Below, one piece after another: positions 1 through 10,039 of a DNA stretch of 64,000 nucleotides. Source of the DNA: Eledone cirrhosa (taxonomy: Eukaryota); NCBI GenBank assembly GCA_964016885.1, contig OZ024741.1, forward strand, positions 42,904,001 to 42,968,000. Direction: 5' to 3'. The notes beneath the pieces were generated by a model. The model saw only the letters and a program-made list of their open reading frames with translations. It was not told the DNA's origin and did not search any database. Both the position numbers and the translations under genes were made by a program. The first letter of the stretch is position 1. The number at the start of each line of letters is the position of its first letter.

Positions 1-364
1 TGGCTGCTTATACTTATTTTAAGATATTGTTCTCAAAATAAATAATATCAAAATCTCATAGATTCGATATTATGTGTGATAATTATGTGAGGTAAAGCCT
101 TTGCTGTGAAAATACTATAGTAAATATAGAGTAATCTAAATGCTAAAGGGTTAAAGGAAACTAAAAGAAAGCAAAGAACCCAATTTTCCAGGTCGGGCCG
201 AGGAAACTTCTTCTATTCGTCTTTTCATTGCTGATACTATCACTCGTTTGCAACTCCTGACAGAAGCTTCATAGATATTCCAGTGTCATGAAGCGGGATT
301 TTAACTCAAAACCCTCAGAGACGCAATATGTAACTTTCAGAAATTCTGCTAATCCAGGGTCTTG

Positions 365-470
365 AACTGACGCCTTATTTATCGACTCCAAAACTATGTA
401 AAGTAAAGTTGGCTACTCTAGGGTTTGAATTAGAACATAGATGGTCATAACAAATACTGCAAAATATTTT
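365..470 (-). mobile_element. Degenerate SINE remnant
   Basis: ttattttatcgactcc...aaagtaaagttg...tttgaattagaac resembles the reverse complement of the SINE core at 12353. Confidence 0.5.
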
Positions 471-1241
471 TTGTCACACAAACTATTATGCCTACTCATC
501 GCAATCCTCATTTTTGAAATGACTGAGGCTGGATTCATACTTTATGCGTAAATCATCCAGCATCTGTTGCATATGAATTTCCTTTAGTTGCACATTCTAA
601 AAGAAATGAGATTGGAAAAAAGACGATACTGAGCTAACGGTGTGAGAAGTATTTATACGAAATTTCATTTAAGAACTGAAAACCGAGCCACGGCATGAAT
701 GAAAGTAGGGACATAAATAATGTGTCGTTTTAGATGAAAAGCAAAGATAAGTAAATTAGAACAAACGTAAGTTAGCCATATTTATGAATTCATTACCAAG
801 CTATGGAACTGACACTGTAGCTAAAGTTAGAAAGGAGTAGCATAGACATATAAATAATTAAATAGAGCTAAATACAAGAGGGAAAATGCAAGGTCACAGG
901 TACCAATGCAGCATCTGTTCTGGTAATATGTTATAATTATAATGTTCTCAAGTGGGAACTTATTTAATTATTTAAAAAGGAGAAAACAAGAAATATATTT
1001 ATTATCACATGTCCAACCTAACACATATTATTTTTACTACAATTACAGGGCTTCTTGACGATTTCTGAAGCGTAAAACATTCTTATAGAATACTGTATAC
1101 CTACAAAATATGTAAGCAAAATGTATCCAGTGAAAAATAAAACAAGCATAGAAAATATGAACAAAAAATATGAACAATTGTTTCTGTTAACAAACAATGT
1201 ACGTAGCCGAATTCTGAGACTTTTAAGCGTTGAGAATATAT

Positions 1242-1321
<80 letters not shown>

Positions 1322-1328
1322 TAAAATA

Positions 1329-1404
1329 ACAGATTAATGTTTAAGCAAAGAATCGCTGCTTTCACCCTTAACGGGATATTCTGAAACTAACAAAGTCAAT
1401 CTGT
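1329..1404 (-). ncRNA. Degenerate copy of the variant hammerhead (core CAGAAUA)
   Basis: Reverse complement of 2759-2834 with the G8 position changed to U. Confidence 0.5.
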
Positions 1405-2758
1405 AAACGCAGAAGTGGATATTTCAAAAAACGTTGCAACCGAAGGAAAACAGGAAGACGATACTTTGGTTCGTGGAAACGTTCGCTGGCAAAGAACGGG
1501 AAAAAAAACGAATATAATACGTCATTAATAGGAGCGGTGAAAACAATTACGCGCAAAGAGAGAACCACGTTTATGGTATAAAAGAGGTCGTAGACTAATG
1601 TTCTCTTAGGTGGTTCATAGAGACGTTCTCTGGCAATAAACGAAAAAAAACGAAGATAATACGTCATATGTGGAGCGTGGAGAACAATAGCACGCAAAGA
1701 CAAAACCACGTAAATGGTATAGCAGAAGTCGCAGACTAAAATTCTAATTAGGAGACCGAATGAATCTCCGCTACAGAGTTAAGGACAAAGTAAATAAATA
1801 CAATACAGAAGTAATCGAAATAAATAAATACATACACGCAAACAAATACGTACATACACAAGCATATGCAAAACACTTACCATAGGTATACAAAGCCACG
1901 TACATATAAATATGTGTGTGTGTGTATGCGTGTATACAAATAAATAAATAATTATATAAACATATATAAATAAATAAATACGTATATAACAAGCGCACAC
2001 ACATACCTACATGTAAATACAATGTTTGGCTATGTGTATACGGGAGTTTTGCGTCTGTGTGAGTATGCAGGTTCGTACGTATGTAGGGTGTGTGTATATG
2101 TGTACTTCATGTTTGGTTGACTTACGTCTCCGAACATTCGTATATTTACATGTAGGTATATGTGTGCGCTTGTTATATACGTATTTATTTATTTATATAC
2201 GTTTATATAATTATTTATTTATTTGTATACACGCATACACACACACACATATTTATATGTACGTGGCTTTGTATACCTATGGTAAGTGTTTTGCGTATGC
2301 TTGTGTATGTACGTATTTGTTTGCGTGTATGTATTTATTTATTTCTATTACTTCTGTATTGTATTTATTTACTTTGTTCCTTAACTCTGTAGCGGAGATT
2401 CATTCGGTCTCCTAGTTAGAATTTTAGTCTACGACTTCTGCTATACCATTTACGTGGTTTTGTCTTTGCGTGCTATTGTTCTCCACGCTCCACATATGAC
2501 GTATTATCTTCGTTTTTTTCGTTCATTGCCAGAGAACGTCTCTATGAACCACCTAAGAGAACATTAGTCTACGACCTCTTTTATACCACAAATGTGGTTC
2601 TGTATTTGCGCGTAATTGTTTTTCACCGCTCCTATTAATGACGTATTATATTCGTTTTTTTTCCCGTTCTTTGCCAGCGAACGTTTCCACGAACCAAAGT
2701 ATCGTCTTCCTGTCTTCCTCCGGTTGCAACGTTTTTTGAAATATCCACTTCTGCGTTT

Positions 2759-2834
2759 ACAGATTGACTTTGTTAGTTTCAGAAGATCCCGTTAAGGGTG
2801 AAAGCAGCGATTCTTTGCTTAAACTTTAATCTGT
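2759..2834 (+). ncRNA. Type I hammerhead ribozyme candidate with variant core CAGAAGA
   Basis: Stem I ACAGAUUGA/UUAAUCUGU plus AGUUU/AAACU with a 7-nt bulge; core CAGAAGA; stem II CCC-GUUAA-GGG; GAAA; stem III AGCAG/UUGCU; CUU triplet ending at 2820. Confidence 0.65.
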
Positions 2835-2936
2835 TATTTTAATAAATATTTGCTCTACGGTTCTTATATATTTGATATATATTTATCCTTATCGAGCGCT
2901 CTTTGGATTTTAGTCTTCAAATTTATTATTATTACT

Positions 2937-3016
<80 letters not shown>

Positions 3017-3117
3017 TATATATATATATATATATATACAATATATATATATATATATATTTCGTTTCTGAATTTGTTTAGCAACATTCTTTATCTGAAA
3101 ACATCTGTTGAAACCGA

Positions 3118-3554
3118 TATTGTTATGCTTTGGGAGGGTCATATTGCCAATAAGAAACACACGCACCAGGGCTTTCACTCCAATTTATTATAAATTAAAT
3201 TAATAAATTTAATTCATAATAAATTGGTGTTCACACACAAAAACAAGATGGCACCAAAACAAAATTTATAAATTTAATTTATAATAAATTTTTGTTCACA
3301 CACAAACACAAGATGGCGTAGGACAGAACAAAGGAGAGGCACAAAACAAAGAAAAGAATCCCAGTCACTGAAGAGGTCACAGAATGTGTGACGAAAGAAC
3401 TTTGACAATATATGAACAACCGTCCGGTTATGGAACCAACCAACCAACCGGAAATTTATAAATTCTTAAATTTATAAATTTAATTTATAATAAATTGGAG
3501 TGAAAGCAACTGGTGCGTGTGTTTCTTATTGGCAATATGACCCTCCCAAAGCAT

Positions 3555-3561
<7 letters not shown>
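3118..3561 (+). mobile_element. Penelope-like pseudo-LTR with ~85-bp inverted ends
   Basis: 3118-3202 is inverted at 3477-3561; internal hammerhead motif and AATAAA; internal direct repeat 3219-3252/3283-3318; (TA)n on the right. Confidence 0.65.
3364..3406 (+). ncRNA. Minimal PLE-type hammerhead ribozyme candidate
   Basis: GUCA-CUGAAGA-G-GUCACA(GAAUG)UGUGAC-GAAA-GAAC-UU-UGAC: stems I and II pair, stem III is rudimentary. Confidence 0.6.
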
Positions 3562-3603
<42 letters not shown>

Positions 3604-3604
<1 letters not shown>

Positions 3605-4234
3605 CAACCAAAACTAAAAGCTCTTCCATACATCTCCACACACAACCCCCTCAACAACGAGGCCTTTGACACCATCCTCCAGAACATCCCTGTATTGAAA
3701 AAGGACCATAGAATGAACCAAATTCTACGAACACACGATATCATAAAAAGCAAAAGACAATCCAAGTCAATGAAAAACATCTTAACACATGCCAAAGTAC
3801 TGCCAACCACAACAACGAAACCCACAGTAAAAAAATGCGATAGACCCAACTGTGGCATTTGCATCAACCTAATAGAGGGTTCGGAATTCTATTTCAAAGA
3901 TGGACAACGTTTTATAGTAAAACACAATTTCACATGTGCATCGGAAAATTTAATATATGTATTAACTTGTTCAGGTTGTCGAGAACAATACATAGGCCAG
4001 ACCAAAAACAGCCTCCGCCAACGCATGACTGTCCATAGATCCCAAATTAAAATACGGGAATACAGGAAAATACCACTGAGTGAACACATTGATACCTGCG
4101 CCGCCCAAAATCATCCCAACTTCAGAATCTTTCCCCTCTACAAATTTAAAGATAATGCCACCCACACCCAGCGCATCAGCAAGGAATCTTACTTCATTAA
4201 CAAATACGGACCCCGTCTAAACACTTCTCCCTAA
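3604..4234 (+). pseudogene. 5'-truncated Penelope-like element, GIY-YIG endonuclease C-terminal region
   Basis: ORF 3695-4234 has CDRPNCGIC, NLIYVLTCSGCREQYIGQTKNSLRQRMTVH, LSEH and ESYFINKY..LN, i.e. a PLE GIY-YIG with Cys/His motifs. It begins abruptly after (TA)n. Confidence 0.88.
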
Positions 4235-4412
4235 GACGAACCCACAACATACACACGTCAACATACATACCTACATCAGCACACATCTCTACCCACATAT
4301 AAACACAATGACACACGTAAACACACATGCTCTATGGTGCAATACAAAAAAATATATGTGCATATATATGTATGTATATATGTATATATGTATATATATG
4401 TATGTAGTGAAA

Positions 4413-4450
<38 letters not shown>

Positions 4451-4865
4451 ATATATGTGTATATAGTGAATATCATTTCACACCTTTTATTGTTAAGATT
4501 GTTGATGTTCTATTAAGAGAACCGATTTTACTGAAAAAATCGAATAATGTACACCATTTTACCAGGGGGGGAAAAAAATACTGGTCCACCCACACACGCA
4601 CACACACACACACACACATATATACACAGACACATACACACGCGTACATCAACATACAAAGAGACTTATACACACACACACACACACACACGCACTTCTC
4701 CGTATAAGACAAAAGCTGAAAAATATCTTTTGACCTTCGAATGACTCTGCTGTGTGTATGTACGCACACACACACACACACACACACACACTTATCTTAA
4801 TAGCCATTTGACACACATCGCTGGTGGCTATTGTCGCAGCATCGAATACCTTACTACTACTACTA

Positions 4866-4915
<50 letters not shown>

Positions 4916-4939
4916 TTGTTGTGAAAGAGTCATTTCTCA

Positions 4940-5172
4940 ATCTTGGCGCAAAACCAATTTTTTATCCACATGACCTCTACCGACCAATCAAAATTGTTTT
5001 GACCATAATCTTTGCTGGAGCCACTTTTCTAACATTTTAACATAAAAACAGTCTTGGCGCAAAATCAACTTTTTACATTCACATGACCTCTACCGACCAA
5101 TCAAAATTGTTTTGACCACAAGCATTTTTACAACACAAAAATAACGCTGGAGCCATTTTTTTAACATAAAAA
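4940..5172 (+). repeat. Two-copy ~112-bp tandem repeat downstream of the PLE endonuclease
   Basis: tcttggcgcaaaa...cacatgacctctaccgaccaatcaaaattgttttgacca occurs at ~4941 and ~5052. Confidence 0.8.
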
Positions 5173-5391
5173 CAGGTAGAATTCCCAAAACTAATCAGAT
5201 CAGAGCAAACAGCACGGACACTCTATCTCAAAATTATTTTTGAAAAGCATTTAGAAATGCGCAACCGGTAAAAACTTAAAAACTTAAAACCACAACTGAA
5301 TACTAACCCATACAATCACTAATACTCTTTTATTCCTAATTAAACCATTTTTCAACTGTGAACAATTTGTCAGCATTTTCTATTCCGTTTA

Positions 5392-5445
<54 letters not shown>

Positions 5446-5724
5446 ATGATGTGTTCAAGTCAGAGATGCTTTAAATTTGTTTATAAAATAGGCTTTGCAG
5501 CAGATGGCTACTTCTTTTCCCGTTTTTTAAGGGTCTCACCCTATTTTCTAGGTTATTTTATAGCATCTATTTGCTTGAGCATATCATCCTTTCTACTTAC
5601 TTATATAAATGTTTTTGCCTTCGTGGAAACCAGTTAATTTAGTGTTTTTCAATCCCAGACTGCTGTTTATCCCGGTTTAATTGGCATTAGATTACTAAGC
5701 GATCAAATCTCGAAGGAATGCCAT

Positions 5725-5848
5725 TCGTCTCCGAAAGGGTGAAATGCAAAATTGAGGTCGATTGAACTTGAACTCAAATCGTAGAAAGTCGTAACTAAAT
5801 ACCGTATTTTGTTAGACTCTCTAACAATACTGCAAATCCAATGCCTTT
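5725..5848 (-). mobile_element. Degenerate SINE remnant
   Basis: ccgaaagggtgaaatgcaaaattga...ttgaactcaaatcgtag resembles the reverse complement of the SINE core and head. Confidence 0.5.
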
Positions 5849-6464
5849 ATATTTGTCACTAATAATGTTACGAAAGTGCTTATTTGATATTAGCGGTCTT
5901 TACAAGACGGCATTTATATGACATTCTATATAATCGTATGACAAACTGTTCACGTGTTTCTCCGTATGTGTGATTGAATATTACTAGCTGGAATGCACTC
6001 GTTATTTCTTTAATGTTTAGTCAGAGAAAAAAGGGTGTGCTCATGACACTTATCAGTGAGTCTCTGAATCGAGTGGGATCAAGAGGAATATCCACGAACT
6101 ATAGGTATTATATGTCCAAGTAGTAGTGTTAAGCTGGGTGATAGATTAAATCTACCACCATACTGACAAATAATAATTAAAATAAAAGAACAACACATAT
6201 CACGAGAACGAAGATAAGGTGAGGGTCAGAAAAGAAGACTAGTTAGAAAAGTGCTTAACATATTAGTCTCAACAAAATAGTATTTTCATGTGATAGCTAA
6301 TGATAAATTACTTGATATTACAAGCCATAATAAAGTAAATGTAGTTAACAAGTTAACGACTTTTATTAGTTTATGGGTTGTAAAGGTCTGTTCCTTCTAT
6401 CAAAGCTGATCTCTCGGCAACGCTACGACAATATCACATTACTATCACCATACAATTCCATATA

Positions 6465-6930
6465 TACCACCACCACCACCACCACAACTAGCAGAAGCAC
6501 CATCACCACCACAAAAAACAATATCCCACACTACCCGCAACACCCTCATCATCAAACCCACCACTCACCCCATCGCCATCACCACTATTGCTACCTACCA
6601 TCAACAATCACCCCACACCACTACAATAAAAACCAGTACAACCACCAGCACCAGCATCAAACCCACCACCCCACCACGACCACCAGCACCACCACAACTA
6701 GCAGCAGCAGCACCACCACCACAAACACATTCACCGTCATCACCACCACGATCACCAACACCAGCACCACGACCACCCTCACTTCCACGACCAACAGTAT
6801 CCCATTCTACCCCCAACACCCCCACCATCAAACCCACCACGAACCCCATCACCATCACCACAATTACTACCTACCAACAACAATCATCTCCCACCACTAC
6901 CACCAAAATCAACATCAACAACACACAACC
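6465..6930. repeat. CAC/CAT-rich low-complexity tract with internal ~100-bp duplication
   Basis: (ACC)n-like sequence; 6522-6624 is similar to 6799-6900. Confidence 0.75.
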
Positions 6931-7116
6931 AATAATAACTGTTTCTACTTTTGGCACAAGGCCAGCAATTATCCAGTGCATTACTGGTACTTTATTTTAT
7001 CGACCCCGTAAGGATGAAAGGCAAAGTTAACCTCGGCGGGATTCGAACTCAGAATGGCAAGGGCCGTAACTCTATGCGTCAAAGCATAGCGTCCGACCCT
7101 CTACCGATATTGCCAA
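6931..7116 (-). mobile_element. tRNA-derived SINE (octopus OK/OR-like, Meta-domain-like core)
   Basis: Reverse complement shows A-box-like TGGCAATATCGG, B-box GAGTTCGAATCC, core GCCTTTCATCCTTACGGGGTCGATAAAATAAAGTACCAG and tail GGCCTTGTGCCAAAAGTAGAAAC followed by (TTA)n. Confidence 0.85.
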
Positions 7117-7154
7117 AAACCCACGCTTTCACCAACGTATTCGCCACTAACATT

Positions 7155-7655
7155 TCCGTCACCATCACCGTCACCATCACCACCACCATCACCGTCACCA
7201 CAACCACCACCACCAACATCACCATCACCAAGACAACAACCATCACCCATCACCATCACCACCACCATCACTACCAACCATCACCACTACCAAGGCCACC
7301 ATCACCACCATCATCACCATCACCATCACCATCACCATCACCAACACCACCACCATCACCATCATCACCATCACCACCACCATCACCACCATCACAATAA
7401 CCATCACCATCACCGTTATAGTATCATGATCTTACTAGTGTCATCATGGCTACCATTATCATGATAACTACCAAATAACTAACCAACTACACCATTGGTT
7501 AATTGGTGAAATCATTTCACCGTCAACATCACCATCACCACCACCATCACCATCACCACCATCACTATCACCACCATCACCACCATCACCATCACCACCA
7601 CCATCATCACCATCGCCATCACCATCACCATCACAATAACCATCACCATCACCGT
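7155..7655. repeat. (CAC/CAT)n microsatellite tracts
   Basis: Visible triplet repeats. Confidence 0.9.
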
Positions 7656-7684
7656 TATAGTTTCATGATATTACTAGTGTCATT

Positions 7685-7873
7685 TGGTGAATTAGCAGTA
7701 TCGGTAGAGGGTCGGGCGCGATGCTTTGATGCATAGAGTTACGGCCCTTGCCATTCTGAGTTCAAATCCCGCCGAGGTTAACTTTCGCCTTTCATCATTA
7801 CGGGGTCGATAAAATAAAGTACCAGTAATGTACTGGTTATTTGCTGGCCTTGTGCCAATAGTAGAAACAATTA
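7685..7873 (+). mobile_element. tRNA-derived SINE, near full length
   Basis: TAGCAGTATCGG A-box, GAGTTCAAATCC B-box, same core and tail as 6931-7116. Confidence 0.85.
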
Positions 7874-8340
7874 TCATGATTACTAGCAAATAACTAACCA
7901 ACTACACCATTGGTTAATTGGTGAAATCATTTCTTTTCTTTTTCTCGTTAATAAATTCATCAATGGTACATTAACATTCTCTCTCTACTTTCGTTTTCCT
8001 CAATTTCCTATTTTAATTTCTTCTCGGCGGGGAACAACAAAAACAACAAAAACAACAAAAACAACAAAAACAACAAAAACAACAAATATATCAACAAATA
8101 AAATAAAAATTATAATAAATAAATATATACATAAAAAAAAAAAATTAAATCTGTGTAAAACAGAATAGAAGAACACATCAATACATAATCTTTGTGTTAG
8201 TCTTGGACTTTTGCTGGCAGACTTAAGTAATTTATTTCACTAAAATGATTTTTATTTGCAAGATTAACCTTTTGACATTCCAACGAAATCGTTTCTTTAT
8301 ATATCACTGAACATTTATTACCGTTATTGATGTCATTGTC

Positions 8341-8812
8341 GTTTGTGTTGTTGTGGCTGTGGTTGTTGTTGTTGTTGTTGTTGTGTTTGTTGCGGTTGTT
8401 GTTGTTTTTCTTGGTGTTGTTGTTATAGTTGCTGTAATTGTTGTTGTAGATGTTGTTGTTGGTGGTGTAATTGTTGTTGGCGTTGTAGTTGTTGTTGTTG
8501 TTATTGTTGGTGTTGCTGTTGTGGTTGTTGTTGTGGTTGTTGTTGTTGGTGTTGTTGTTGTTAGTGGTGTTGTTGTTGTAGTAGTAGTTGTTGTTGTTGG
8601 TGGTGTTGTTGTTGTTAGTGGTGTTGAAGTTGTTGTTGTTGGTGGTGTTGTAGTTGTTGTTGTTGGTGGTGTTGTAGTTGTTGTTGTTGGTGGTGGTGTT
8701 GTTGTTGTGGTTGTTGTTGTGGTTGTTGTTGGTGGTGTTGTTGTTGTTAGTGGTGTTGTTGTTGTAGTAGTTGTTGTTGTTGTTATATTTGTTGTTGTTG
8801 TTGCTGCTGCTG
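8341..8812. repeat. Degenerate (GTT)n microsatellite
   Basis: Visible triplet repeat. Confidence 0.95.
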
Positions 8813-9083
8813 TGATGTTTCTTTAAAGTCGTCTTATCATCATCGCCACACTCGTCTTCATTGTTACCTTGTTCATCATTCTTTCGTATACATATTGACA
8901 TTTACCTAACTCATACACACGCGGACACACACACACATACACACACACACAAACATACACACACACACACAAACATACACACATATATATATGTTTGTAA
9001 AAGGTAAACAGAAATAATAACACAATCGGTACAGTATATGGAAGGGATATACTAGGTTAACGCTTGAAATAGCAGGAAGAGCG

Positions 9084-9119
9084 TCTTAACGTTTCGGACG
9101 CTAGTCCTTCACCAGAAAA
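9084..9119 (-). ncRNA. Degenerate minimal hammerhead motif
   Basis: Reverse complement reads CUGGUGA-A-GGAC(UAGC)GUCC-GAAAC-GUU; the A6 position is G; palindromic AACGUU at stem III. Confidence 0.4.
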
Positions 9120-9534
9120 AAATGAGTATATATACTCATGATCTGGATGCATTTATGTTAAGGTGAAGATAATTACATTTGTTAATCAGCTACTATTGAA
9201 TTCATTCTTAGGAATAAGGGGACAATTTGAATTCAACCCCCAACGATGGAGCTGGAATTCTTCCAATATTGGTTATTCCAATGTGTTCGCATTGCCGATG
9301 TTGTTTCTTGAGTTCCAGAAACCATGATCGTGGTATCATATAAGGAAATAAAGCGAAGTTTAATATATTTTATTACTTCTCCGAGTTGATAACTTAGTAG
9401 TATATCTTATCATTCTATTGAGATACTTAGAGGTATTAGAGACAGTTAACCTAATAAAATTATGAATTAATATATATATATATATATATATATATTTCGT
9501 TTCTAAATTTGGCAACATGACCCTCCCAAAGCAT

Positions 9535-9609
<75 letters not shown>

Positions 9610-9711
9610 GAAGGGTGCGATTAAAATGCGTTCACAGATGGTATGACAAGATGTGCACTCGATGCTATTGGGGAGCAGAGTATCAATAATAATTAGGGGA
9701 CACACAATCAT

Positions 9712-9996
9712 TGTTGCATCATATACATATTTAATCACATATTACACATGTTTCACTGCCGATTAGCTCGAGGGACGATCGCTTATGTTCGTTACTGACT
9801 AGAAAGCTCCTTCGATAGATGCTTTCACATGTAGTCACACATACAAATGAACGTTTAGACGTGTATCTAGATGTGAAAGCTCATGTCTCCGGAGCTTTGG
9901 ATTTCAGAGTCAGGAACGAACATAATCGATGGTTCCTCGAGCTGATCGGCAGTGAAGCATATGTAATATGTGATTAAATATGTATATGATGCAACA
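9712..9996. repeat. Fold-back (~120-bp inverted arms), probably PLE-derived
   Basis: 9712-9830 is inverted at 9871-9996; the outer ~60 bp are nearly perfect; the arm carries GAAAC-AUGU-GUA, the 3' half of a hammerhead. Confidence 0.7.
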
Positions 9997-10039
9997 TTGA
10001 TTCTTTGTTCTCTAGTTATTTTTATTATTATTATCATTA

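Larger units (their letters stand above)
1317..2938. mobile_element. Fold-back Penelope-like pseudo-LTR (~710-bp inverted arms, ~100-bp spacer, one-sided tail)
   Basis: 1317-2028 is the reverse complement of 2131-2848. The right arm ends in a hammerhead-like fold plus AATAAA and continues as an unpaired tail to 2938. Flanked by (TA)n on both sides; the same tail recurs at 59598-59785 and 63424-63570. Confidence 0.75.

Noticed and set aside
6931-7116. tRNA-like A/B boxes as tRNA genes
   Set aside because: No cloverleaf; they are SINE heads attached to a core and tail repeated many times.
8197-8340. Peptide KCSVIYKETISLE..NLAN as a PLE endonuclease end
   Set aside because: Too short and too weak to support a call.
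1121-9738. ORFs rich in YI, TH, CV, poly-N, poly-V and poly-H
   Set aside because: They are translations of microsatellites, with no domain content.
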